A DNA stretch of 56,546 bases from contig JAFCFJ010000007.1 in assembly GCA_017608705.1 (NCBI GenBank), positions 1 to 56,546 on the forward strand. Direction: 5' to 3'. This DNA comes from Candidatus Pacearchaeota archaeon (GTDB lineage Archaea > Nanobdellota > Nanobdellia > Pacearchaeales > GW2011-AR1). Every line of letters begins with the position of its first letter. Within the stretch, counting starts at the first letter, position 1. The notes beneath the pieces were generated by a model, which saw only the letters and a program-made list of their open reading frames with translations, was not told where the DNA came from and ran no database searches. Both the position numbers and the translations under genes were made by a program. Below are positions 48,305-56,546 of this stretch, in pieces.

Positions 48305-48856
48305 CTACATTACGTATTCTGCCTTCCCATCCTTAACCAAGATTTCAGCAACCTCTTGCTGTAAATTTGCCACATCCCCTTTCTTGAAAGGGCCCAACAC
48401 CCTACCGCTAAAATCAAAGAATTCAGGTACATCCTGCCTGAAAACAATCATCACCGTCTTCTTCTCTTCTTTAAGCTGACCATTCAACATTTCATTCAGC
48501 TTTTTCTCGCCCTCAGTCAGGCTAGCCATAATCTTATCAAAGATCTCCTTCTCAAAATCGAGCATTAACTCATAATCACGCTTACTTATACCTGTCTCGG
48601 CAGCTATGAAAGCTAGATTAAGAAGTTTCTTTTTCCTCAGGCGCATCAACTCGTGGAACATAGCAATAGCATTTTCAAATTGTTTCTTTGCCTTTATTAC
48701 AGCCTCAGAAAACACGTTTGTTTCCTTGCTGGCAATCTCTTTTTTCTCATGCAAATATTCTACCACATCCTTTATGAAACTCTGAGGCAATGGTTGTAAT
48801 GCTTCACTATACCGTTCTTTCCTCAAGGCCTCATAAAGATCATTGTAGGTTATCAT
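48305..48856 (-). CDS. DNA replication complex GINS subunit (GINS51-like)
   Basis: ITYNDLYE.LRKER...LQ.LP..F, R..K...LA, C-terminal GPFKKGDVANL...AEILV..G.A. Confidence 0.85.
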   Translation of the reverse strand: MITYNDLYEALRKERYSEALQPLPQSFIKDVVEYLHEKKEIASKETNVFSEAVIKAKKQFENAIAMFHELMRLRKKKLLNLAFIAAETGISKRDYELMLDFEKEIFDKIMASLTEGEKKLNEMLNGQLKEEKKTVMIVFRQDVPEFFDFSGRVLGPFKKGDVANLQQEVAEILVKDGKAEYVM

Positions 48857-48921
48857 AGTCCAAAGAAGCAGAATAAGTTTTTAATAATTATTGTGCTCCG
48901 TCCCAGAATCCATTATTAAAT

Positions 48922-50187
48922 TTAAGGGATTTGGGAAGGCAGCACCTCCCCAAAAAATCTCGTTTTCACAAATAATTCCTTACCATATATCTTTCCAAGA
49001 GAACCTCGCAATGCATCCTGTTCTGTAAAATGTGATGTCTCATCATGGTGCTTGCCATCATAAAATAGCACAGGCACGGGATCGCTCGTATGTGTTTTCT
49101 TCGCGCAGGGTGTTGCATGGTCGGCGGTAACAAGAAGCTTAGCATTCTTGCATAACTTACGCATTGCTGAAAAGAATATTTTGTCAATCAGCTCAAGCAT
49201 TTGTTTCTTGTCATGTGGCTTGTTATCATGGCCAGGAACATCTGTTTCCTTGAAATGTACATAGAAGTAGTCGTAGCGCTTAGCCAGCCTGGAGATCATT
49301 TTGACACTGAACTTCGCGGCTCGCTGGAGATTTACATAGAGATTTCTGTAAACATCAAAATGGCTTAACTCAGCATATTTATAAACAAAAGTATCCATGC
49401 CGCTGGCCTTGGCTATACCGATTTCGAGAGGCATATATACCAAAGCAGCCCAACCCTTATATTGTCGAAGTTTTGGCAACTCTATTCCCGCGCCTCTGGT
49501 TAGTATAATATTCGCTGGAAGCAAACCTTTCTTCCTTCTCTCTATATTCACAGGATGATCATTGAGAATATGGTAACTTTGCTCAACAAAATCATTTACG
49601 ATATTCGCTGTATATTCTGAAAGCTCATCCTCATCTAGTGCCTCAGATTGCTTGAGTTTGTTATAGCTCATAATCTTACCCTTTGCATGGAATGACGGGT
49701 CTGTATCTGTAATATTATCTGAAAAACCGCCACGTAACACTAGAACGCCACGATGTTGGATAGTGGTATGAAACTCAAACTTGCATGGAAGCTTAACTTT
49801 CTTGTTTATCGCATCAGCTAGTATTTTCGCTTCTCTCGTCGTAAGGTTACGGCCAGCACGCCTGTCCACTATGGTTTTGTCTTCAAGTGAGCTGATGGTT
49901 GCAAAATTTGCACGCAAGGCAAGATCGCCACGCTCAAGTTTCAGACCTGCCCCAAGCGCTTCAAATACGCCACGAACCGACACGTGGTGATTTCCGAGCA
50001 AAGCAAGTGTTGCGACATCAGATTCAGGCGCAAGCTCTTCATTGACCGCATATCCATAGCCAAGCATGCCATGAGAAGCGAAGAAATCTAAATTCGGGGT
50101 TTCTGCAGCCTGCAACGGTGTCTGGTGGTTAAGCTGTTTGCATGGCAAATCAGCCATACCGTCTATAACAACGAATATCCCTTTCAT
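48922..50187 (-). CDS. apgM: 2,3-bisphosphoglycerate-independent phosphoglycerate mutase (archaeal type)
   Basis: IDGMAD, TPLQAA.TPNLD, PESD, RANFAT, DRRAGR, HFKETD..GHD, TADHATP, HTSDPVP. Confidence 0.93.
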   Translation of the reverse strand: MKGIFVVIDGMADLPCKQLNHQTPLQAAETPNLDFFASHGMLGYGYAVNEELAPESDVATLALLGNHHVSVRGVFEALGAGLKLERGDLALRANFATISSLEDKTIVDRRAGRNLTTREAKILADAINKKVKLPCKFEFHTTIQHRGVLVLRGGFSDNITDTDPSFHAKGKIMSYNKLKQSEALDEDELSEYTANIVNDFVEQSYHILNDHPVNIERRKKGLLPANIILTRGAGIELPKLRQYKGWAALVYMPLEIGIAKASGMDTFVYKYAELSHFDVYRNLYVNLQRAAKFSVKMISRLAKRYDYFYVHFKETDVPGHDNKPHDKKQMLELIDKIFFSAMRKLCKNAKLLVTADHATPCAKKTHTSDPVPVLFYDGKHHDETSHFTEQDALRGSLGKIYGKELFVKTRFFGEVLPSQIP

Positions 50188-50208
50188 ACCAGACCGAATG
50201 AAAATAGA

Positions 50209-50216
50209 TTTATAAA
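50209..50216. promoter_or_regulatory. Palindromic shared TATA box (TTTATAAA) between apgM and ftsY
   Basis: Exactly 21 nt from each divergent ATG (50187 and 50238). Confidence 0.7.
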
Positions 50217-50237
50217 TTTTGTTTATCACAGCATACC

Positions 50238-51336
50238 ATGTTTTCTAAGCTACGCGAAAAGCTGAAAGAATGGTTAAGCAAGAGTGAAAAAGAGGTAAAG
50301 AAAAAAGCAAAAAAAGTAAAAAGTAAAGCCCAGACAAAGAAAGCAGGCAAGAAGAAGGCAAGAGTTGCCAAGCTTAAGAAAGCAAAGAAAGAAAAGGGGA
50401 AGAAGAAAAAGATAGCAAAGAAGGCTAGGTCAGGAAAACTAAAAGGAGAGGGCCTTGAAGAGATTAAGGAGGGAACAAAACAAGGAAGCATTTTGCAAAG
50501 AATAAAAGAAAGATTTGTTTTCAAGATCAGCGAGCAAGAATTTGAAGAACTTTTCTCCGAGCTTGAGTTGGTGTTGCTTGAAAATAATACGGCGCTCGAA
50601 GTAGTTGATAAAATTAAAGATAGGCTTAAAGAAGAGCTAGTAGATAAGGAAAAAACTGGTGATATAGAGGAAAAGATAAAAGAGGCGCTTATCAATAGCA
50701 TAGAGGAAGTGTTGCCTGAGAGCTTTGACCTGATCGCTGTGATAAAAGAAAAAATAAAAGCTGGCGAAAAACCATACAAGATTGTTTTTTTCGGTATAAA
50801 CGGAAGTGGCAAGACTACCACGATAGCAAAGTTAGCATTCATGCTCAAAAAGCATGGACTAAGTTGTGTGTTTGCTGCAAGCGACACATTTCGTGCTGCA
50901 AGCATAGAGCAACTTGAAAAACATGCTGCAAGACTATGGTGCTGATCCGGCTGCTGTTGCTTTTGATGCTGTAAAATACGCCGAAGCACATGGCATTGAT
51001 GTTGTTATGATAGACACAGCAGGAAGAATGCACACACAAGAAAACCTGCTGAGAGAAATGGAAAAAATTTGTCGCGTTATAAAGCCAGATTTGCGAGTCA
51101 TAGTGCTGGAGAGCATTGCGGGCAATGATGCTATACAACAAGTCAAGGCCTTCAACGAGGCTGTTGGCATAGATGCTATAATCTTGACAAAGGCTGATGT
51201 AGATAAAAAGGGTGGGACAGCTTTGTCTGTGAGTTATGTGACAGGAAAGCCAATCATTTTCATCGGCACAGGTCAAGATTATAAAGATCTAAAGCGCTTT
51301 GAAAAAGAAAAAATCTTGCAAGGCTTGTTTGGTTAA
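50238..51336 (+). CDS. ftsY: SRP receptor FtsY, frameshifted at ~50933
   Basis: GINGSGKTTTIAKLA, DTFRAASIEQL in first frame; DYGADPAAVAFDA, DTAGR, TKAD, KGG, GTGQ in +1 frame. Confidence 0.93.
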
Positions 51337-51888
51337 ATGACAACATCACGCATTATAGATAAGAGCTTTGCAGAAATCTTCTTTTCACAGATAATTTCTG
51401 TTACAGGCGGTCTCATAGCTGGAACTTTTCTTGCGGTCTTCACAAACAAGCTCTTGTTTCTGCCAGGCATGCTTATCTTACTTCCCGGCTTCCTTGAGAT
51501 GCGGGGGAGTATAAGCGGAACGCTCGCGTCGAGAATAAGTTCTGGCCTTTTTCTGGGTGTAATAAAGGCGGAGAGGCCAAACAGAAGGATAATTTCAGGC
51601 AATATCATCGCTTCTTTCTTTCTTGCTCTCTGCATTTCATTTACTCTTGGAGTTCTCGCATATTTCTTCAGCTATTTTGCTTTCGGCATAGCTGAGCCAA
51701 AAATAATTTTTGTGGCTGTGCTTGCAGCATTGATTGCAAATATCGTGGAGGTACCGCTAACGCTTTTTGCAACATTGCAGATATTCAAGCATGGACATGA
51801 CCCAAACAACATAATGGGGCCTTTCATCACCTCCACGGGAGATATAACAAGCATACTCGCGTTGCTTATTGCTTTATGGATAATATGA
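51337..51888 (+). CDS. MgtE/SLC41-type integral membrane domain protein (half 1)
   Basis: PGFLEMRGSISGTLASR, DPNNIMGPFITSTGD. Confidence 0.85.
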   Translation: MTTSRIIDKSFAEIFFSQIISVTGGLIAGTFLAVFTNKLLFLPGMLILLPGFLEMRGSISGTLASRISSGLFLGVIKAERPNRRIISGNIIASFFLALCISFTLGVLAYFFSYFAFGIAEPKIIFVAVLAALIANIVEVPLTLFATLQIFKHGHDPNNIMGPFITSTGDITSILALLIALWII

Positions 51889-52586
51889 AACCTGTAACCA
51901 CACTAGCGAAATATTTGGGAAAGTTGCAAGAAATAAGAAGACGTAGTTATCATCCGCTCGTGCATAAGGTACATAGACGTTACGGCATCTCAAAGAAAAC
52001 ATTATTCTATGTTAAAGAATATGGACCTCGCGCTAACGTGCCAAAAACCATAATAAAAGAAAGTATCAAACTGCTACTGCTAACATCGATAATAAGCTCT
52101 CTTGGTGGTCTTGCACTTGAGCATGTAAAAATGCTGCTCGTGTCTGTTATGCCACTCCTCATACTGTTGCCTACACTCAACGATATGATTGGTGATTTCG
52201 GAACGATAACAGCTGCATGCGTCTCCACGATGTTGCATGAAGGCAAACTTCGTGGCAGAGTTTTTACAGAAGAAGTGAAAAAGCTCTTCGTGCAAATTTT
52301 GCTTGTGGCCTTACTCATAAGTTTTGCAAGTGCTGTTGTTGCGCTCTCAATATCTCTGGCACGAGGCTTTGAGCTCAGCCCTGCATTTGCATTGAAAATC
52401 TTGCTAGTTGTATTGCTTGATGTTATAATTCTTGTCAGCGTACTTTTCTTTACAGCAATAAGGGCGGGGATACATTTTTACAAGAGGAGGGAGGACCCCA
52501 ACAACCTTCTTATACCGATAACCACCTCGCTCGCAGATTTCAGCAATATGTTTCTGCTTGCAATATTGCTTCTTCTGTTTTTTTGA
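51885..52586 (+). CDS. MgtE/SLC41-type integral membrane domain protein (half 2)
   Basis: P.LNDMIGDFG, DPNNLLIPITTSLAD; start 51876 or 51885. Confidence 0.82.
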   Translation: MKPVTTLAKYLGKLQEIRRRSYHPLVHKVHRRYGISKKTLFYVKEYGPRANVPKTIIKESIKLLLLTSIISSLGGLALEHVKMLLVSVMPLLILLPTLNDMIGDFGTITAACVSTMLHEGKLRGRVFTEEVKKLFVQILLVALLISFASAVVALSISLARGFELSPAFALKILLVVLLDVIILVSVLFFTAIRAGIHFYKRREDPNNLLIPITTSLADFSNMFLLAILLLLFF

Positions 52587-52641
52587 AATTAAACATCAAG
52601 CTAATGTGAAATCTTATAAATGTAAATACCTTCTGTTTTAA

Positions 52642-54015
52642 ATGCTTGATAAAATCGGCGAGGCATTCAGGAAAGGTATAGATAAGATAGCATCAGCAAT
52701 CCTCATTGACAAAAAACTTATTGATGAAATAATACGTGAATTACAGCGTGCACTGCTACTGGCTGATGTCGATGTAGCTTTGGTAAAGCAGATAAGCGAA
52801 GAAATAAGGAAAGAAGGAAGCAAAAAAGTTAAGGGAATTGAAAAGCGCGAGTTGCTAATAAAACTTCTGTATGACAAGTTGCTTGAGATTCTTGGCGAGA
52901 GCCACGATCTAAAACTGAAAAAAGGCTTGAATAAGATAATGCTCATAGGTCTCTATGGTGCAGGGAAAACAACTACTGCTGTAAAACTTGCTAATTATTT
53001 TGCCAAGCGTGGCAAGAAAACATGTGTTATCGGCTTGGATGTGCATAGGCCTGCAGCAAGCGAGCAACTGGAACAGCTGGCTGAAAAAGCAAGCATAGCG
53101 TGTTTCACAGACAAGCAGGAGAGAGATGCGAGCAAGATATGGAAAAAATTTGAGCACGATATAGCTAAATATGATGTTTGTATCATTGATACCGCGGGGC
53201 GTGATGTTCTCGATAAGAAGCTTGTCAATGAAATAAAAAAGCTTGATAAGCTGATAAAACCAGACTACAAGCTCTTTGTCATCGCAGCAGATATTGGACA
53301 GGCTGCGAAAAAACAGGCAAGCGAAATGCAAAAGGCATGCAAAATAAATGGGGTTATCATTACGAGGATGGACTCAAGCGCCAAGGGCGGAGGAGCACTT
53401 ACAGCATGCGCAGAAACGAAGGCACCTGTCTTTTTCATTGGCACCGGCGAGAAGCTTGCGGATATAGAAGCATTTTCTTCACAGGCATTCATCCAGAGGT
53501 TGCTCGGTATGGGTGATTTACATAGCCTGATAGAGAAAGTGCGCAACATCGTGGATGAAAGGCAAGAACAAAAGTTAAAGCAAAAGCTAGAAGAAGGTAA
53601 ATTTACGCTTCTCGAGCTAAAAGAACACCTTGCTTCAATGCAAGAGCTTGGTCCTTTTGATAAACTCCTCGGTATGATTCCTGGATTCGGGAAGATTAAT
53701 GTTTCAGACAATGTATTACAAAAAGAACAGGAAAAGGTGAAAAGATGGCAATATGCCATAGACAGCATGACCATAGAAGAGATAGAGAACCCGGAAATAA
53801 TGGAAAAAGAAAGCTCACGCCTGCAACGTGTTGCGCGTGGCTCTGGCACGACTATAGGGGAACTAAGACAATTACTTGCCCAATACAAACTGCTCAAGAG
53901 CCTTATCAAGCAAGGGAAAAACCTTGAAAACTTAGGACCTGATATGCTCACTAGCATGAGTCAAAAAGAGCTCATGCGCTTTGCCAAAAAATTCAGGAAG
54001 AAGTTTAGATTATAA
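52642..54015 (+). CDS. srp54: Signal recognition particle protein Srp54
   Basis: ALL.ADV, GLYGAGKTTT, D.HRPAA..QL, DTAGR, AKGGGAL, LLGMGD, SMT..E, R..RVARGSG. Confidence 0.97.
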   Translation: MLDKIGEAFRKGIDKIASAILIDKKLIDEIIRELQRALLLADVDVALVKQISEEIRKEGSKKVKGIEKRELLIKLLYDKLLEILGESHDLKLKKGLNKIMLIGLYGAGKTTTAVKLANYFAKRGKKTCVIGLDVHRPAASEQLEQLAEKASIACFTDKQERDASKIWKKFEHDIAKYDVCIIDTAGRDVLDKKLVNEIKKLDKLIKPDYKLFVIAADIGQAAKKQASEMQKACKINGVIITRMDSSAKGGGALTACAETKAPVFFIGTGEKLADIEAFSSQAFIQRLLGMGDLHSLIEKVRNIVDERQEQKLKQKLEEGKFTLLELKEHLASMQELGPFDKLLGMIPGFGKINVSDNVLQKEQEKVKRWQYAIDSMTIEEIENPEIMEKESSRLQRVARGSGTTIGELRQLLAQYKLLKSLIKQGKNLENLGPDMLTSMSQKELMRFAKKFRKKFRL

Positions 54016-54471
54016 TCTACTACATTTAAGATAAATATAGTCAACATAACTGCCATAACTCACATTAATTCCGGTAAATCCCGTTCTACATCCATCTACG
54101 AGGCACAGCTCATCACCTATTAGCTTCCCGCGTGCCTCAATATTGCCAGCTATTATATCTACCTGTTTCTCAATCCTTGGATTCCAGAACGCAACCTTGT
54201 TTCTCTCTTGCGGAGCCGCTATCCTTATCTCAGTATCATTACCAGCATTGTCGCCACCAATAGCTATAATATCACCATAGTCTGTCCTCACAGCCAAGAA
54301 ATTTCCCTGAACAGGATTGTCCCAGCCTGCCTGAATCTCGCTTGCTGTGTGGCCAAGCACAGCCGGATTGCTACCACCATAACCCCTCACCAGAACAATA
54401 GCTATCAAGGCCAAGAGCAAAGGAACAATCACATACAGATGCCTCTTTTCTATGTTGATGATAATTTGCAT
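54010..54471 (-). CDS. Hypothetical exported protein
   Basis: N-terminal TM, P...GHTASEI motif, beta-rich remainder. Confidence 0.65.
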   Translation of the reverse strand: MQIIINIEKRHLYVIVPLLLALIAIVLVRGYGGSNPAVLGHTASEIQAGWDNPVQGNFLAVRTDYGDIIAIGGDNAGNDTEIRIAAPQERNKVAFWNPRIEKQVDIIAGNIEARGKLIGDELCLVDGCRTGFTGINVSYGSYVDYIYLKCSRL

Positions 54472-54492
54472 ATCTTTGTTAATTGAACAAAA

Positions 54493-54500
54493 TTTATAAA
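54493..54500. promoter_or_regulatory. Palindromic shared TATA box (TTTATAAA) between exported-protein gene and bud32
   Basis: Exactly 21 nt from each divergent ATG (54471 and 54522). Confidence 0.7.
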
Positions 54501-54521
54501 ATTTTTCATCCTCGCGGTAAG

Positions 54522-55139
54522 ATGGAAGAAGAAATAATTACGAGAGGCGCGGAAGCTGTATTGATAAGGCAGGGCAACAAGCTTGTAAAAAGAAGGATTA
54601 GCAAGGGCTACAGGCTCAAAGAGATAGATGAAAAATTAAGGCTAAGACGTACAAGACAGGAAGCACGGTTGCTTGCAAAAGCAACAGGCATGGTAGCGGT
54701 GCCTCGTGTGCTCGCTGTAGATGAGAAGAAAAAAGAGCTCGTTATGGAATATATAGGTGGAAAAAAGCTCAGCGAGCATCTCGATAGCATGCCTCTTGAA
54801 AAAGCAAGAATGTTATGTAAAAAAATCGGCGAGTCCATAGCAAAACTGCACGATGCAAACATCATTCATGGTGACCTAACAACGAGCAATATGATATATG
54901 TGGAAAAAGAAGATAAGGTTTATTTCATAGATTTTGGTCTTGGTTTCCATTCAACACGCATAGAAGATAAGGCTGTAGATTTACACTTGCTCAAGCAAGC
55001 TCTCGAAGCCAAGCATTTTGCTCATTGGCAAGAACTTTTCAATGCTGTTATCGATGGCTATAGCATTAGCGAAAATTCAGCCAAGGTGCTCGAGAGACTA
55101 GAAAAAGTTGAGAAGCGAGGTAGGTATAAGCATAAATAA
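54522..55139 (+). CDS. bud32: KEOPS kinase Bud32
   Basis: GAEA, K.RI.K.YR, HGDLTTSN, IDFGL, EDKAVDL, RGRY. Confidence 0.95.
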   Translation: MEEEIITRGAEAVLIRQGNKLVKRRISKGYRLKEIDEKLRLRRTRQEARLLAKATGMVAVPRVLAVDEKKKELVMEYIGGKKLSEHLDSMPLEKARMLCKKIGESIAKLHDANIIHGDLTTSNMIYVEKEDKVYFIDFGLGFHSTRIEDKAVDLHLLKQALEAKHFAHWQELFNAVIDGYSISENSAKVLERLEKVEKRGRYKHK

Positions 55140-55193
55140 CCTAAGCTTAGTGGTGCATAAATTTTTTAACTGAAAAAAAGCGCAATAGTGTAA

Positions 55194-55266
55194 AGCCCCG
55201 TGGTGTAGCGGTCAAGCATACAGGCCTTTGGAGCCTGTGACCCCGGTTCGAATCCGGGCGGGGCTA
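55194..55266 (+). tRNA. tRNA-Gln(UUG)
   Basis: A1-U72 acceptor AGCCCCG/CGGGGCT, CAGGC CTTTGGA GCCTG. Confidence 0.95.
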
Positions 55267-55313
55267 TCCAAACACAAAAATGGAAAAAGGAACAGTTCAA
55301 AGACATATATGAA

Positions 55314-56327
55314 ATGAAAAAGTTTGCAGAAGTAACTGAAGGAATAACGAAGGACATAGCACTGATAGAAGATGAAGTTTATGGAAGACGGGCAGAGAAT
55401 AACTCAGATGCACAAGAAATCATCGAGAAAAACAAAGAATATATATTGAAACAAATAGAAGAGCTGGAAAAATACGGAAAAGCACATTTCAAGCTATGGG
55501 ATGCGAAAATGAGATGTGGAAACACAACAATAAGCTATGAAGAATATTATTTCGGAAACTTTGATGAAAAGTTATGTGGAAAAAGTGGTCCAGAATATAT
55601 AGAAAAGTTTAACAAAACGAAAATTGTTTTTACAAATAACACCCGTGTTATAGAGGAGGAAGCACTTAATTCTTTTATGATATTTATTGTAGAATCTCTT
55701 TTTTGGAAAAGAACCAACAGAAAAGATATTAAAAATATTGAGGAACTCTTCGGAACCACGCTGAGTATATATTATGACAGAATAATTTTTTATTATCTTC
55801 CTCCTAACTTTAGGTCCAATATTAACAAGAGATACAGAAGAAAGGATTCTTTTTATGGAAGGCGAGATGATATAAACCTGACTAAGGAAATAAAAGAAAT
55901 AAAAAGATTTGTAAAAGAACTTGATACGCCGAGTAAGGAGGAGATAGATAAGTTAGAGCTGGCTTCATGGTGTATGGAGGGGTACAGAAAATATGGGGGC
56001 TCGTATGAAAAGGTACCGAGGAATGCCGTGATAGCCGCAATTTCTCGTGTTCCGCTGCCAGAGAGAATTTATATTAGACTCCATATCAAGGGGATATGTA
56101 ACTGGTTTGAAAGAAAAACAAAGGAAAGAGCATATGAGATAGTAGAAAAGATAAATAGTGAAAAGAACCCATTTTTAATATTGATTTATGAAGATTATCT
56201 TAACATGTTAGTTGAGTGTAGTAAGGATATACTTACAACGACATACGGAGTACGTTACGGAGGGCTAAAATGCATAAAGGAGAGCACTAGCAAACAATTA
56301 ATAGAATGGTTAGAAAAAACAAACTAA
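55314..56327 (+). CDS. Hypothetical protein
   Basis: 337-aa AT-rich ORF, no recognised motif. Confidence 0.6.
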   Translation: MKKFAEVTEGITKDIALIEDEVYGRRAENNSDAQEIIEKNKEYILKQIEELEKYGKAHFKLWDAKMRCGNTTISYEEYYFGNFDEKLCGKSGPEYIEKFNKTKIVFTNNTRVIEEEALNSFMIFIVESLFWKRTNRKDIKNIEELFGTTLSIYYDRIIFYYLPPNFRSNINKRYRRKDSFYGRRDDINLTKEIKEIKRFVKELDTPSKEEIDKLELASWCMEGYRKYGGSYEKVPRNAVIAAISRVPLPERIYIRLHIKGICNWFERKTKERAYEIVEKINSEKNPFLILIYEDYLNMLVECSKDILTTTYGVRYGGLKCIKESTSKQLIEWLEKTN

Positions 56328-56360
56328 AAATTTAAAAATACCCCTTCATGCCAACTTAAC

Positions 56361-56546
56361 ATGTCAGCGAAACAAGAGCAAAAACCCCCATGGCTGAAGT
56401 ATAAGCTTGAGGATGTAGAAAAGATAGTGGTGAATCTGGCAAGGCAAGGATTTACAGCAGAAAAAATCGGGCTTGTGTTGCGGGACCAGTATGGCATACC
56501 CACAGTGCGTGTTTATGGCACGAGACTTGCAGACATACTGAAGAAA
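56361..56546 (+). CDS. rps15: 30S ribosomal protein S15 (uS15), 5' part
   Basis: Manual translation MSAKQEQKPPWLKYKLEDVEKIVVNLARQGFTAEKIGLVLRDQYGIP. Confidence 0.92.
   Translation, partial: MSAKQEQKPPWLKYKLEDVEKIVVNLARQGFTAEKIGLVLRDQYGIPTVRVYGTRLADILKK

Overview
Gene-dense archaeal chromosomal segment, most consistent with a DPANN archaeon (Pacearchaeota/Woesearchaeota-like; inferred from gene content, short protein variants and lineage-typical hypotheticals). It encodes mostly information-processing genes: aRF1, TFS, TFE, TFB, Ala/Leu/Gly/Pro-tRNA synthetases, EndA, RNase Z, Sm, Alba, GINS, FtsY, SRP54, Bud32, five r-proteins and nine intron-less tRNAs. No integrase, transposase, CRISPR array or rRNA was recognised. 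Highlights: (1) a tRNA-bracketed two-gene cassette encoding a class III (pilin-like) signal-peptide protein and a ~1970-aa Cys-rich exported protein, a candidate uncharacterised surface/host-contact system; (2) an adjacent DisA diadenylate cyclase and DHH-DHHA1 phosphodiesterase pair, a candidate c-di-AMP module; (3) three divergent gene pairs whose start codons are exactly 51 nt apart around one central TATA box, within a general TATA+21 nt+ATG leaderless architecture; (4) a bacterial-core/archaeal-C-terminus hybrid LeuRS; (5) about eight short internal deletions, most in essential genes (LeuRS x2, AlaRS, GlyRS, FtsY, tRNA-Arg), most likely collapsed scaffold gaps, to be checked with reads.
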